From: a virus
Taxonomy: Duplodnaviria; Caudoviricetes
Strand: one strand, 5' to 3'
DNA length: 33,354 nucleotides
Virus record (IMG/VR): IMGVR_UViG_3300048578_000099
Coordinates: 1-33,354 of that record
A program made the translations under genes and the position numbers. Under the pieces are notes generated by a model. The model was given only the letters and a program-made list of their open reading frames with translations. It did not search any database and was not told where the DNA came from. Positions 1 to 9,743 of this stretch are shown here, piece by piece; the first letter of the stretch is position 1; every line of letters starts with the position of its first letter.

Positions 1-2348
1 TCAAATTCGGTTGCTGTGCCTAGTCTTATTCCGATATTATTCACAACCGATCCAGTATATTTAAATTTCAACGTAAAGCTACCTGTAACCATCTTATCAG
101 ATAGCGGCCACACCATCCAGCCTTCATCAACTCTTATTTTTTGCGTTCCAGTCCCTAATATCAAATTTCGCCCACCTACTTGTATGTTGTCGGCGGTGCT
201 TTGCGCCGTTGCTGCTGCCGCTTCTACCTCTGTTACATTCTTATATGTTCCATCGCTTGCCTTAAAAGTAACCTTGCCGTAGATTTCGCGCTTATCAATA
301 TCCAAGAAGGTTTCGCCTAAACTATTTACAATTGCACCTGCTTTTATTGAGCGTCCGTAAACAGCTGCTGAGCCGTAGGTTAATGAAACTTCTCGGTAAC
401 CCTCGTTCACTGAATGAACTATTCCAATCGGGAAAGTGTAGTAAGAGCCTTCGTTGTCTATCTTTCTAATTTCGGAGTCTAAAACAAAGGTTCCAGTTGT
501 GCCTGAAATTGGACAACGTGCGTATAAATAGTAAGCGTTTGCATCAATAAGACCTGTCACGTATAATTGAGACATTGTCCATTGTCTAATATTCGATTCA
601 ATAGATAAATGAGTTAAAACCCCAGACGATGCTAAGAATTTAGCTTTGTCGTTTATGTAATTTGCAGTAAATGTTGATGATAACGTAAGATTACCCGCAC
701 GTGTTCCAACTGTCAAAAGCGAAGTATCAATCGAAAGAGGTTTTATTTTGTCTGTGAAATACTGGCCATCAGGATCGAAAACCATGTTTTTCATTTCCTC
801 CATATCCTTCCATGATCGGCGAGCTTTTGCAGGGTCTAAAAGATTATTCATTTTAATAACCTTTTCGGTCTGCTTAAGTGCGTTGAATACACGCTCAATA
901 CGAGTTACCTGTACTGTGTTTGAAAGCGTAAGGGTGTATTTGAAAGGTTTTAAAACATCTCTTGTAAATGACTGAATCCTAATGTAATCATCTATTTTAA
1001 AGTCACTATCCTTTAAATGAAGACTATCGCCAATAGCAAAACACTCAACTTCAATATTGTTATTGATCTGAGCTAGATACAAGTCATCAATAGTCAATGA
1101 ATATTGAACATTGATACGACTATTATCATTAAGATATTTTTGAGCTTCGAGTAATAATTTGCTTTCTGCTTCTGTAACATAAGAATCTGGTAATACAATA
1201 TTAAGAATCACATACTTGTCACCTGCTGCAATTCGGAATGCTGTATTAGTTGCAGACGGAAAGCTTGTACCTCGCTCGTCTTTATATGATTTGATCGTGA
1301 ACTTCTTAGTTGAATGATCGTAATCAGTATCAAATTCGTATCCGGCCAAATTTCCGGTATTGAAATGAATTTTCGGTGATGTACCATCGACTAGCCATTT
1401 TGTATTGCCCTCCGTATCTTTCTCTTTTAAATCAAAATTCATTGACGTATCAAAGAATTCAAGAATATTATCTGAAATTGCCGATACAGTCCCGATTCGA
1501 TTAGGGTAGATGTCGTCAAACTCTTTTGTAGCTTCTTTTACGCCAAACAACTTAACCGCCAAATCATTTTGAATATATGACTGGTCATTACCAATCATAA
1601 CAGGCAACTTCAACCGAGTTGAAAAATTACGGTAGCCACTCTTTAGATTTGTTGTTCCGCCAAAGGCGAAAAGTTTAGTCAATATGTTTGAGTCACTTGC
1701 GGCTTGCCTTTTTAGGCTATATAAACCATTGCCTTTACCGTATTCAAATGCTGTTTCTAAAACAACTCCTTGTTGCCTTATATTAATAGTGTTTACACCA
1801 TTTAATGAGACAATATCAAATTCTTGATTAAAACCGTTATCTTTTTCGCACAACGACTGAAGAACGGCCAAACATGATTGGTTTGAAAATGTCATGTCTT
1901 TATAATCTGTTTCGGGACATTCGCCTAAAACCCATTTCCCAATACCAAAAACTCTATTTGTGTTGTTAATAAGGACCTCAAGAAAAAATCTTAGATTACC
2001 GGTTAAAGCAAAATCGCTGCGAGTAAATACACCCGAAGCATCGCAATCAAAGTACATAACATCAATGAGATCATATTGAACACTTTCGAATTCAATATCA
2101 TATTCAAATTGAGTTTCTCCTTTTTTTGTCGGTGAAATTGGCTTGTTTATCTTATACGTCTTACCAAAGAAAACAGCAGTATCACCAATTTCAATCGAAA
2201 GTGGCGATACGCTACTTAATGATAGTGTAACAGTATCTTCCGCTAAAAGAGTTCGTTTTTGTTCTCCTTTTGTAACGTATGTACCTGTTTCTTTTGAAAT
2301 CAGGTTTATTTGAGAGCCATCAGGCTTAGTTATAGTAATCTGTTCCAT
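1..2348 (-). CDS. Tail tip/baseplate hub-like structural protein (3'-truncated by window edge)
   Basis: Absent from the ORF track because no stop lies in the window. ATG at 2348 (MEQITITKPDGSQINLISKETG...). Frame checked open at both ends (...VGGRNLILGTGTQK...YTGSVVNNIGIRLG). Follows distal tail and tape measure. Confidence 0.8.
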   Translation of the reverse strand, partial: MEQITITKPDGSQINLISKETGTYVTKGEQKRTLLAEDTVTLSLSSVSPLSIEIGDTAVFFGKTYKINKPISPTKKGETQFEYDIEFESVQYDLIDVMYFDCDASGVFTRSDFALTGNLRFFLEVLINNTNRVFGIGKWVLGECPETDYKDMTFSNQSCLAVLQSLCEKDNGFNQEFDIVSLNGVNTINIRQQGVVLETAFEYGKGNGLYSLKRQAASDSNILTKLFAFGGTTNLKSGYRNFSTRLKLPVMIGNDQSYIQNDLAVKLFGVKEATKEFDDIYPNRIGTVSAISDNILEFFDTSMNFDLKEKDTEGNTKWLVDGTSPKIHFNTGNLAGYEFDTDYDHSTKKFTIKSYKDERGTSFPSATNTAFRIAAGDKYVILNIVLPDSYVTEAESKLLLEAQKYLNDNSRINVQYSLTIDDLYLAQINNNIEVECFAIGDSLHLKDSDFKIDDYIRIQSFTRDVLKPFKYTLTLSNTVQVTRIERVFNALKQTEKVIKMNNLLDPAKARRSWKDMEEMKNMVFDPDGQYFTDKIKPLSIDTSLLTVGTRAGNLTLSSTFTANYINDKAKFLASSGVLTHLSIESNIRQWTMSQLYVTGLIDANAYYLYARCPISGTTGTFVLDSEIRKIDNEGSYYTFPIGIVHSVNEGYREVSLTYGSAAVYGRSIKAGAIVNSLGETFLDIDKREIYGKVTFKASDGTYKNVTEVEAAAATAQSTADNIQVGGRNLILGTGTQKIRVDEGWMVWPLSDKMVTGSFTLKFKYTGSVVNNIGIRLGTATEF

Positions 2349-3793
2349 ATTATTGTACCATTTGTAGTTATAGATGTTATTTCTTCAACAACACCTGTAA
2401 GAATTATAATATACTCGCCTTCAATAGTATAGTTATGATATACCTTAATGTTGTTACCTGCTATATCATAGCTATGAGAGCCGTCACCGAAGTAGGCATT
2501 AATTCGTTTTAAAGAGGTTAGCGTTATCTCTAGCCCTTTTACATTCAAGGCAAACATTGAGTTATCCCTCATCAAACTAGCTTGTTGACTTGAATAAGCG
2601 GCTACCGCTATTGAATTGTAATTCGTTAATCGAGATTGAGAAGCGGTATTGATTGAATTAAGTAACGTAGTCCTGTTATTATAATAGGTCGTGAATAAAG
2701 TAACCATACCCGTTGATCCTGACTTCAACCCGATGTTATTATCATCAAGTAATTGAGGATAACCGGTTGTTACAACACTAGCCCTTGAACCATCTAAAAA
2801 CCTACTAAGAGCCTCAAATGCTGACACGTAGCTAGATGAAGAGATACTATAAGCCGGAGACCAATAATTTATATTAGCTCTTTCCGCAAGTATCTTATTC
2901 CATTCTATCCTAAGCTGTTGCTTTTGTGCTGGCCACATGATTCCGTCATCAATAGCAGACATTGTCGCTAATTTGTTAGCACTATCAATTGGAGAATCTG
3001 TTTTTGCTGTAAGAATATTAGCAGACTCATCAATTTGCGCTTGTGACTTACTTGCTATTTTTGAAAATAAAGCTTTTCTCGCATCATAGTATGTTTTGAA
3101 CGTGCTTTCAAATACTGATAATGAGATATTTGTATTAACTGAGAGGTTGGTATCGTTTATCCACGAAGGAGTACCAGTGCTCCACGTTGTGTCGTTATTC
3201 AAATACGTTGCAAGTGATTGAAATGCAGCATTATATGCAGTATTCTCGGTCGTAATCGAATAAACTGATGCATATTGATTGCAATAGCTTTTTTCTGCAA
3301 CTATATCGATCCATTCCGCTCTGAGTTTCGTTTTATCAGCCGGTAATAATATTGAAGTAGCCGTGTATTTTATCACCTTTTTGACCGGTTCAGGCTCCCG
3401 AAGCTTTAAAGTAAACGTACCGGCCATTGTGCCTACATTCCACTCTTTTTCTACATCTATGCTTTCAGGTGCAAATACCTCATATACAAATGGTTTGTCA
3501 ATACCATCAACAACAAACATAAATCGTTTTGTTCCGGCACCTTCAAACTGAGCCCAAAATGCATTCATTTTTGTAATAAAATCAGCCGGGCTGCTTGCTT
3601 CAATAAAGCATTCTAGTATTATGTCTCGTGCTTCAAATCGCGGCTTTGTCAAATCTACATAATCCCCGTGCTCCTCCGGCCACGAGTATTTCTGTTGCTC
3701 TTTCACTTTTAGCTTATCTACGATTCCCTTTGAGGCCGATACATGAACCGAAAGACTGTCGAATGAAATGCCATTTATATAATATTGTATCAT
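2330..3793 (-). CDS. Distal tail (Dit-like) protein with a large internal duplicated helical insertion
   Basis: Directly downstream of the tape measure. N-terminus (SWPEEHG..DL..PRFEARDIILEC...LKLREPEPVKKV) and C-terminus (YFGDGSHSYD...HNY) resemble Bacteroidota phage tail proteins. Confidence 0.65.
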   Translation of the reverse strand: MIQYYINGISFDSLSVHVSASKGIVDKLKVKEQQKYSWPEEHGDYVDLTKPRFEARDIILECFIEASSPADFITKMNAFWAQFEGAGTKRFMFVVDGIDKPFVYEVFAPESIDVEKEWNVGTMAGTFTLKLREPEPVKKVIKYTATSILLPADKTKLRAEWIDIVAEKSYCNQYASVYSITTENTAYNAAFQSLATYLNNDTTWSTGTPSWINDTNLSVNTNISLSVFESTFKTYYDARKALFSKIASKSQAQIDESANILTAKTDSPIDSANKLATMSAIDDGIMWPAQKQQLRIEWNKILAERANINYWSPAYSISSSSYVSAFEALSRFLDGSRASVVTTGYPQLLDDNNIGLKSGSTGMVTLFTTYYNNRTTLLNSINTASQSRLTNYNSIAVAAYSSQQASLMRDNSMFALNVKGLEITLTSLKRINAYFGDGSHSYDIAGNNIKVYHNYTIEGEYIIILTGVVEEITSITTNGTIIWNRLL

Positions 3794-6700
3794 AATCCTT
3801 TTGATCTTAATGAATTATCACTCTTTAATAAATCTCTAATCTCTTCTAAGTGATCTGTGCCGTTCGCAATTCTGGCTTGTAATATCAATCCCTCTCTTAT
3901 TCCATTAAGCATTAGCTGTTGATTGATTCTTATTGCTGTTACTTGCCCGGCAACGATATTCACAGTCTCCTGACTTGCGCCCTTTATTGAACCACTTAAG
4001 GAATTTGAATCGGATGTTGAAGAGGCATTTTTAAATAGTTCTAATCCGGCAGCGGCACCACCTTCTTGTGCAGCTTTCATTATCTGATTATAGACTTGTG
4101 TATCACCAGCTACTTTAGCATAGAATCGACTAAAATCATCTGTTAAATTTTGATCGCCTTTTGCTGATAATGAATCTTCTGTTTCAGATTGAAGTGCGGT
4201 TAAATCTTTATTAAAAGCGGCGGCATACGCCATCTTTGATATGTAATTGCTAAGAGCATCATTTATTGCTTTAAACATCGCTACACCTGCATCAGTACCA
4301 TTTTTAAATGCGGTTAGTAATGCGTCTTCAAGATTGCTACCCATACCGCCGATAAGAGTAGATAATGTATCAGATAGTTGTTTTTGAGCTTCTTCGTAAG
4401 ATTTCTGCCAGTCTAATGCTGTTTTCAAGTTATCTTTAGTAGCTTCATTAACTAAATTTTGATCTATAAGTGTTTGTGCAAGAGAAGCGTTTAAAGATTG
4501 TTGCCCATCTTCTGCTGTTTTAATAAGTTCAGGATATTCAGTAAGTAAATCTCCCCAAACGGTTTTATTCTTCTTTCCAAATAACCCCCCAGCTAATGCA
4601 CCTACTCCTCCGAACAATGCACCTTTTGCTACATTTGCCCAGTTTGTTGCCTTTTTCATTCCTGTCTTAACTTCGCCTTCTGCTAGCATACCTAGCTGTT
4701 GGTCGAGATTAGCTGAGGCATTTGTCATCGCTGAAAACGAATCATTGATTCTTCCAGCGTAATCAGGGTTGAATATGTTTTCGTTATTCTGAGATTTTAA
4801 CCTTATTTCGTCATTAAGTAATAAATTGTATGCTGTTTGTTGTGCTATTACTGAATTATAAAACGCTTGCTCTTCTTCTCTTCTTTTTTTTGCCGAAGAA
4901 GCTAAATCTGAAACAAATGATACACCAGCGGTTACTATTTTTGTTGCGGCTCCTACCAAATTTCCACTTGCTACATCTGTACCTATTCCAATACCAGTAC
5001 TTAAGGTATCAGTTAATGCTGAAATTGTTTCTCCGGCTTGACCATTTACTTTAGATATAGCATTACCAATTTGACCTATCCCATCTATTATGGTATTGAT
5101 GTTTTCCAGATCGCGTGCATTTAACTCTTTCTTTAATTCATATAAGTCAATTTCATATTTTTTGCGCATCTCTGCGCTAAGTTGGTCACTCGCTAATGCC
5201 TGCTCTATATATAGTTTGTGTTTTTCAAGTTGTTTTCTGTCGCTATTATCTATGTAAGCATTAAGGTCTTTATATAGCTGTGTTTTCTCAAAGGCGGACT
5301 GTTTAGCAGCATTCGAATCTTCTTTGTATTGGTATTCAAGATTAACCAATGCACCGGAAGCTTCACCCGCACCTTTAGTATCACCTTTGGCAGTAGCATC
5401 AGCAATGCGTTTAGCTATTAATTCCTTATCTTCTGCATACTTTCTATCAATAGCTAACTGTTGAGCTACATAAGATTTGTTTGCCTCGATCAAAGCAGAG
5501 GTGTCTTCGTATTGCTTAGCTTCAGCAGCATTTCTTTCTTCCTGTAGCTTCTTGTTTATCTTAATACCTACCTCGCTGGTATTGCCTTTATAATCATTCT
5601 GATAGTTGCTTATTATTTTTAAGTATTCCGAAAGGCTCGAAGCGTCTTTTTTCTGCTTCTCAAGGTTTTCGGTAAATGTCTCAACAACACCTTTACCGCC
5701 TTGAGCTTCTTGCAGATCAGCAACTACCTTTTGATATTCGCTTGTCTGTTGTTTTGTACGTTTCTCAGCAGGTATTTTCTCGTATGCTTCTTTTTGCCTC
5801 TTTAAATAATCAGCATACGACGCTCCTTTTTTTAATAAATCAGCAAATACTTTATCACCGGCAACACGTACTCCCTCATCTGAGCTATTGGCCCATTGAT
5901 AATAGTCATCATATCTTTTCTTAATAGCAGCTTGTTGCTCATCAAATGTCTTAGCCGGGTCTTTTTCTTTTTTCTCTTTGATGCCGGTTAACGTTTCGCG
6001 CTGTTTCTTAAGCGCTGAAAGTTCAGCTTCATTTTTTCCAATATCCTCACTTGTAGCCGTTGAGCTGCTTTTACGCATCTCAACAATTCTCTGCTTTAAA
6101 ATTGCAATCTGAGAATCTATATCATTGATTTGTTGCTCATGAGTTTTTGGTATCAATGCCTCCAACTCAGCTCTTACCGCTTTGACTTTTTTATCCTGTT
6201 CGTCAATAGCCGATTTAGATGAATTTGTATTATTCATCTTTTGATAAATGGCTAACTCTTTATTAAGTTCAGACCGTTTTGCCTTAATCGGATCTATATT
6301 ATAAACCGAATTCTGAATATCATTAAGATTTGCATACGAAGATTGAAGTTCATTATTTGACTTCGTTAATTCATCATTTATTCGTGCTAATTCACTTGCA
6401 GCAAACTGTTTATCCTTTGTCGATGCAGTTGTGTTCTGCATCGTGTAGGTTCTTGTACCTGCATTATAGACAGCAGTTTCTACAGTTCCTTTAGATAGCG
6501 TCTTTTCGTATTCAGCTTTCTGTCTTTTAAGTTCATTTACATTTGCTTGATTAGCTCCGATCGCAAGAATCAAGCTTTCTTTCAAAGCTTTCTTGTTTTC
6601 GTTAGCAAATGCCTTAACCTGCCCAATATTTACCGAAATAGCTTTACCATACCTGTCGAATTCAGTAGTTAGTCCCGGAATGGTCGAACGCATACGGTTC

Positions 6701-7968
6701 ATGATATTGTCAAGTTCAGCGTGTTCCGTATTACTCAATTTAACCCCTTTAGCGATCTGACTTTGATAACTTTCATACTTCTGGATATCGCTACTCATCG
6801 ACTTGACAGAAGTAGAATAATTATCGTTTGCCTTACGCGACTCTTCAATTATTTCTGCGGTTGATTTAGTTCTCTTCCCAAATACAACCAATGCCGATAC
6901 AGCCAACCCAACCACCGCTGCAATTGCAACATAAGGATTAGCCATAGCTGTTCCGTTCAACGCTTTTTGAGCTATGATTTGCGCTTGAGTAGCGCGTGTA
7001 AGCATCTGCGTTTTTTCTAAGAATGCCTGTAATGCAGCTATCGAAGCCTGAGCTTTTTGTGCTGCATTTAGAGCGATAACAGCAGCCTTGTAAGCCCCAT
7101 AAGTAGCTACAATGACCTTCATTATATCTATGATGTCCTGAAAGTGCTGAACAATCTCAGTAGCTAATCCGATACCGCCTTCAAGTGCTCCCTGATTAGC
7201 TGTACCCATCTTATTCAACGCCTGACTCCACGCGTCTTCAAGGTTACTCATCATGCCGGAAAGCGATTTGCTTTGCGCCTCCATCATATTGTAGAACATA
7301 CCTCCCTCGTTGGTGAGGTTGCTTATCACTTTCTGAACTTCTGGGAATCCGATCTGACCAGCTTCTACCATTTTAGAAATAGAGCTTTCGGCCACTCCCA
7401 TTGACTTAGAAAGTTCGTGAATCATAGGTATTCCCGACTCTGTGAACTGACGCAAATCATCACCTTGAAGTTTGCCTTTAGCTTTCACCTGACCATAAGC
7501 CAATATCAATCGATCAACCGGAACAGAAACACCGGCGGCCACATTTCCCAATCTAGTAAGGGTGTCAATAACTTCATTGGCCGGAACCTGAAATGCAAGA
7601 AGCTGCTTGGCTCCTGAACCTACTTGTTGAAGTGTAAATGGTGTTTTAGCGGCTAATGTAACAACTTCGCCCATTAACTTATCGGACTTCTCTTTATTGC
7701 CAAGCATAGTAGTAAAGGCAATATCCATCTTCTGAAATTCGCCGCGAGTCTCAATAAGCTTAGCTCCAAAACCCGACATAGCCTGTAACGAGAAATAACC
7801 AGCCATAGCGGCACCAGCCTTGTTAAAGGCGTTATCCATTTGCTCCCCTTGGCGCGTAGCTTCACCGCCCACGTTTCGAATACCATTTTCGATATTGCGA
7901 AGTTGTGCTTCAAATTGAGCTTGATTTTTTATGATTGCTTCAAAAGCAAGTGCGCCGCTATTATCCAT
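3790..7968 (-). CDS. Tape measure protein
   Basis: 1392 aa, Ala/Gly-rich and coiled-coil. Tape-measure N-terminal motif (LAAKTPFTL...GAKQLLAF...AYGQVKAKGKLQGDDLRQF). Canonical position. Confidence 0.93.
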   Translation of the reverse strand: MDNSGALAFEAIIKNQAQFEAQLRNIENGIRNVGGEATRQGEQMDNAFNKAGAAMAGYFSLQAMSGFGAKLIETRGEFQKMDIAFTTMLGNKEKSDKLMGEVVTLAAKTPFTLQQVGSGAKQLLAFQVPANEVIDTLTRLGNVAAGVSVPVDRLILAYGQVKAKGKLQGDDLRQFTESGIPMIHELSKSMGVAESSISKMVEAGQIGFPEVQKVISNLTNEGGMFYNMMEAQSKSLSGMMSNLEDAWSQALNKMGTANQGALEGGIGLATEIVQHFQDIIDIMKVIVATYGAYKAAVIALNAAQKAQASIAALQAFLEKTQMLTRATQAQIIAQKALNGTAMANPYVAIAAVVGLAVSALVVFGKRTKSTAEIIEESRKANDNYSTSVKSMSSDIQKYESYQSQIAKGVKLSNTEHAELDNIMNRMRSTIPGLTTEFDRYGKAISVNIGQVKAFANENKKALKESLILAIGANQANVNELKRQKAEYEKTLSKGTVETAVYNAGTRTYTMQNTTASTKDKQFAASELARINDELTKSNNELQSSYANLNDIQNSVYNIDPIKAKRSELNKELAIYQKMNNTNSSKSAIDEQDKKVKAVRAELEALIPKTHEQQINDIDSQIAILKQRIVEMRKSSSTATSEDIGKNEAELSALKKQRETLTGIKEKKEKDPAKTFDEQQAAIKKRYDDYYQWANSSDEGVRVAGDKVFADLLKKGASYADYLKRQKEAYEKIPAEKRTKQQTSEYQKVVADLQEAQGGKGVVETFTENLEKQKKDASSLSEYLKIISNYQNDYKGNTSEVGIKINKKLQEERNAAEAKQYEDTSALIEANKSYVAQQLAIDRKYAEDKELIAKRIADATAKGDTKGAGEASGALVNLEYQYKEDSNAAKQSAFEKTQLYKDLNAYIDNSDRKQLEKHKLYIEQALASDQLSAEMRKKYEIDLYELKKELNARDLENINTIIDGIGQIGNAISKVNGQAGETISALTDTLSTGIGIGTDVASGNLVGAATKIVTAGVSFVSDLASSAKKRREEEQAFYNSVIAQQTAYNLLLNDEIRLKSQNNENIFNPDYAGRINDSFSAMTNASANLDQQLGMLAEGEVKTGMKKATNWANVAKGALFGGVGALAGGLFGKKNKTVWGDLLTEYPELIKTAEDGQQSLNASLAQTLIDQNLVNEATKDNLKTALDWQKSYEEAQKQLSDTLSTLIGGMGSNLEDALLTAFKNGTDAGVAMFKAINDALSNYISKMAYAAAFNKDLTALQSETEDSLSAKGDQNLTDDFSRFYAKVAGDTQVYNQIMKAAQEGGAAAGLELFKNASSTSDSNSLSGSIKGASQETVNIVAGQVTAIRINQQLMLNGIREGLILQARIANGTDHLEEIRDLLKSDNSLRSKGL

Positions 7969-8200
7969 CGTTTTCTACCATGTTTTGTAACATAAGCTGA
8001 GCATTTTCATTTGTCAGCCTTATTACCTGTTTCTCTTCCTTTTTTTCTTCCGAATCATAATCATAGCTTGGAGCATCGGCCATCATTAGCGCTACTATAC
8101 GATAAGGGATACCCCACATTAAGTATTCATAAGTCCATCCGTAATTGGCGCAAATAGCTCCACGGACACCGAAAGGACTTGTTAAGCCTGTTTCTTTTCC
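7961..8200 (-). CDS. Tail assembly chaperone -1 frameshift extension (gpGT-like)
   Basis: The -1 frame is open from the end of the chaperone gene to TAA at 7961: GKETGLTSPFGVRGAICANYGWTYEYLMWGIPYRIVALMMADAPSYDY...ENDG*. Candidate slip site G GAA AAG at 8200-8194. Confidence 0.7.
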   Translation of the reverse strand, partial: GKETGLTSPFGVRGAICANYGWTYEYLMWGIPYRIVALMMADAPSYDYDSEEKKEEKQVIRLTNENAQLMLQNMVENDG

Positions 8201-8673
8201 TCTATCTGATTTGCTTTCGGTTCGCTTGTCCTTACGCCCTGCATTAATCTGATAGAGCTCGTAAAATCCACGGCGTTATTCAGCGCGTTTATTATCATAA
8301 CGAGCTGAAATAATTCGCTAGGCCTAATCCTCCACATCAATCGTTTAGCCAACGCATTAGCAAATAATTTGATTAGCCATTTATTATTCAACATAGCGAC
8401 AGCAACAACTTTAGCAGCCTTCAAAGCACTTCTTTTTATGAGCTCCTTGCTTTCTTTATTAGCATTCTCTTTTAGCTTATCCTCATCTAAATCCATCGAT
8501 AAGTACAAGCCACAAAGCGCATCGAGCGTACCCAAATACGGCTGTTTAATAGTTACTTTCCAACTCTTTTTTTTTGACAAAAGCTTTAATAATCCGCGTT
8601 TTGGAATTTCGTAACTCATGCCCTTATTTAGCAATGAGGCTATTACATCCTTCTCAATATCTATGTTTTGCAT
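8182..8673 (-). CDS. Tail assembly chaperone (gpG-like)
   Basis: 163 aa between major tail and tape measure, followed by an overlapping -1 frame ORF. Confidence 0.7.
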   Translation of the reverse strand: MQNIDIEKDVIASLLNKGMSYEIPKRGLLKLLSKKKSWKVTIKQPYLGTLDALCGLYLSMDLDEDKLKENANKESKELIKRSALKAAKVVAVAMLNNKWLIKLFANALAKRLMWRIRPSELFQLVMIINALNNAVDFTSSIRLMQGVRTSEPKANQIEEKKQA

Positions 8674-8691
8674 ATCTCATCTGTGTTTATG

Positions 8692-8726
8692 CAAATTTAA
8701 CTATTCTAGTGTCTATTTTGACACTA
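8692..8726 (-). promoter_or_regulatory. Bacteroidota -7 box (TAAATTTG, 8699-8692) with palindromic operator copy 1 (8707-8726)
   Basis: TAGTGTC-TATTTT-GACACTA next to a TAnnTTTG box pointing at the tail chaperone gene. Confidence 0.7.
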
Positions 8727-8790
8727 CATAGGCATATAACATCTTAATCTAGTGAGTATTACCATATTACGCAAATAAATAGCAAATTTC

Positions 8791-8822
8791 TTGCAATAGT
8801 GTCTCAGTGGACACTATTTTTA
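8791..8822 (+). promoter_or_regulatory. Rha-ant promoter with operator copy 2 (8797-8816)
   Basis: TTGCA...TAGTGTC-TCAGTG-GACACTA overlapping a near-consensus -7 (TATTTTTA). Confidence 0.6.
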
Positions 8823-8852
8823 CATCCTATTCTTTTTTGAAAAAACGCAATT

Positions 8853-8941
8853 GTAGAAGGTTGCAAACGATATTTGGGTTTAATAACCTGAAAGCCTCAC
8901 TTCGGTATCTTCTACTACCGATTTGAGGCTTTCTAATTTTT
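8853..8941 (+). promoter_or_regulatory. Structured 5' leader/attenuator of the antirepressor gene
   Basis: Hairpin GAAAGCCTCA..TCGGTA-[TCTTCTAC]-TACCGA..TGAGGCTTTC (8890-8933) followed by a T-rich tract. The loop is complementary to GTAGAAG at 8853-8859. Confidence 0.5.
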
Positions 8942-8948
8942 AAATGTT

Positions 8949-9686
8949 ATGGAAACTTTATCTATTTTAAATAGCCAAGACAATGACAAAACAATGAGCA
9001 GCCGCGAAATTGCTGAACTCACAGGTAAAAGACACGACCATGTGTTAGTTGATTGCGACAAACTAAATATAAGTTATCGAAACCTTACCCTTCCCGAGAT
9101 CTCGGGAGGGGTCTATACACTCCAGAGTACGGGAAAACAACAGCACAGAGAATACCATCTTACTCGAATGCAAACATTCGACTTGATGACCGGTTACAAC
9201 GTCGAACTTAGGATAAAAGTAAACCGACGTTGGGAGGAACTCGAAAGCAAAGCTAAATTAGACTTCACTAATCCGAATGTGGTTTTGCAACTTGCTCAAA
9301 ATTGGGCAGAGGAGCAAAACAAGCGAATTGCAGCCGAAAAGCAGGTGAAAATGCTCACGCCTAAAGCTGAACTTATGGATAAGGTATTAGATACCGATAC
9401 TAAAATTGATATTGGACAAGCTGCAAAAATATTAGGGTTATCATTTGGACGAAACTCTTTATTCGAAAAATTGCGCGAAAAGGGAGTCTTCTTTAAGAAT
9501 AAAAACGAACCTAAGCAGGAATACATCGATCGGGGATATTTTCAACTTAAAGAAAAATTTATCGAACGTACCAATCATCCCGGATTTGTTGTGATAAAGG
9601 TTTTAGTTACTCAAAGAGGATTAGAATTTATCGCAAATACATTCAATGCTGTTCATGTACCAAAACGACTGGCAAATATTGAATAA
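8949..9686 (+). CDS. Rha-family N-terminal domain fused to KilA-C/ANT antirepressor domain
   Basis: MSSREIAELTGKRHDHVL (Rha-like). PKAE...IGQAAKIL...GRNSLFEKLRE...EPKQEYIDRGYF...LVTQRG (ANT/KilA-C). Confidence 0.88.
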   Translation: METLSILNSQDNDKTMSSREIAELTGKRHDHVLVDCDKLNISYRNLTLPEISGGVYTLQSTGKQQHREYHLTRMQTFDLMTGYNVELRIKVNRRWEELESKAKLDFTNPNVVLQLAQNWAEEQNKRIAAEKQVKMLTPKAELMDKVLDTDTKIDIGQAAKILGLSFGRNSLFEKLREKGVFFKNKNEPKQEYIDRGYFQLKEKFIERTNHPGFVVIKVLVTQRGLEFIANTFNAVHVPKRLANIE

Positions 9687-9688
9687 AC

Positions 9689-9721
9689 AAAAAAAGGCTC
9701 GACATTACGTCGAGCCTTTTT
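9689..9721. terminator. Bidirectional intrinsic terminator
   Basis: AAAAAGGCTCGAC-ATTAC-GTCGAGCCTTTTT between the convergent ant and major tail genes. Confidence 0.85.
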
Positions 9722-9743
9722 AAAATTGAAATAAGGGGTCGGA

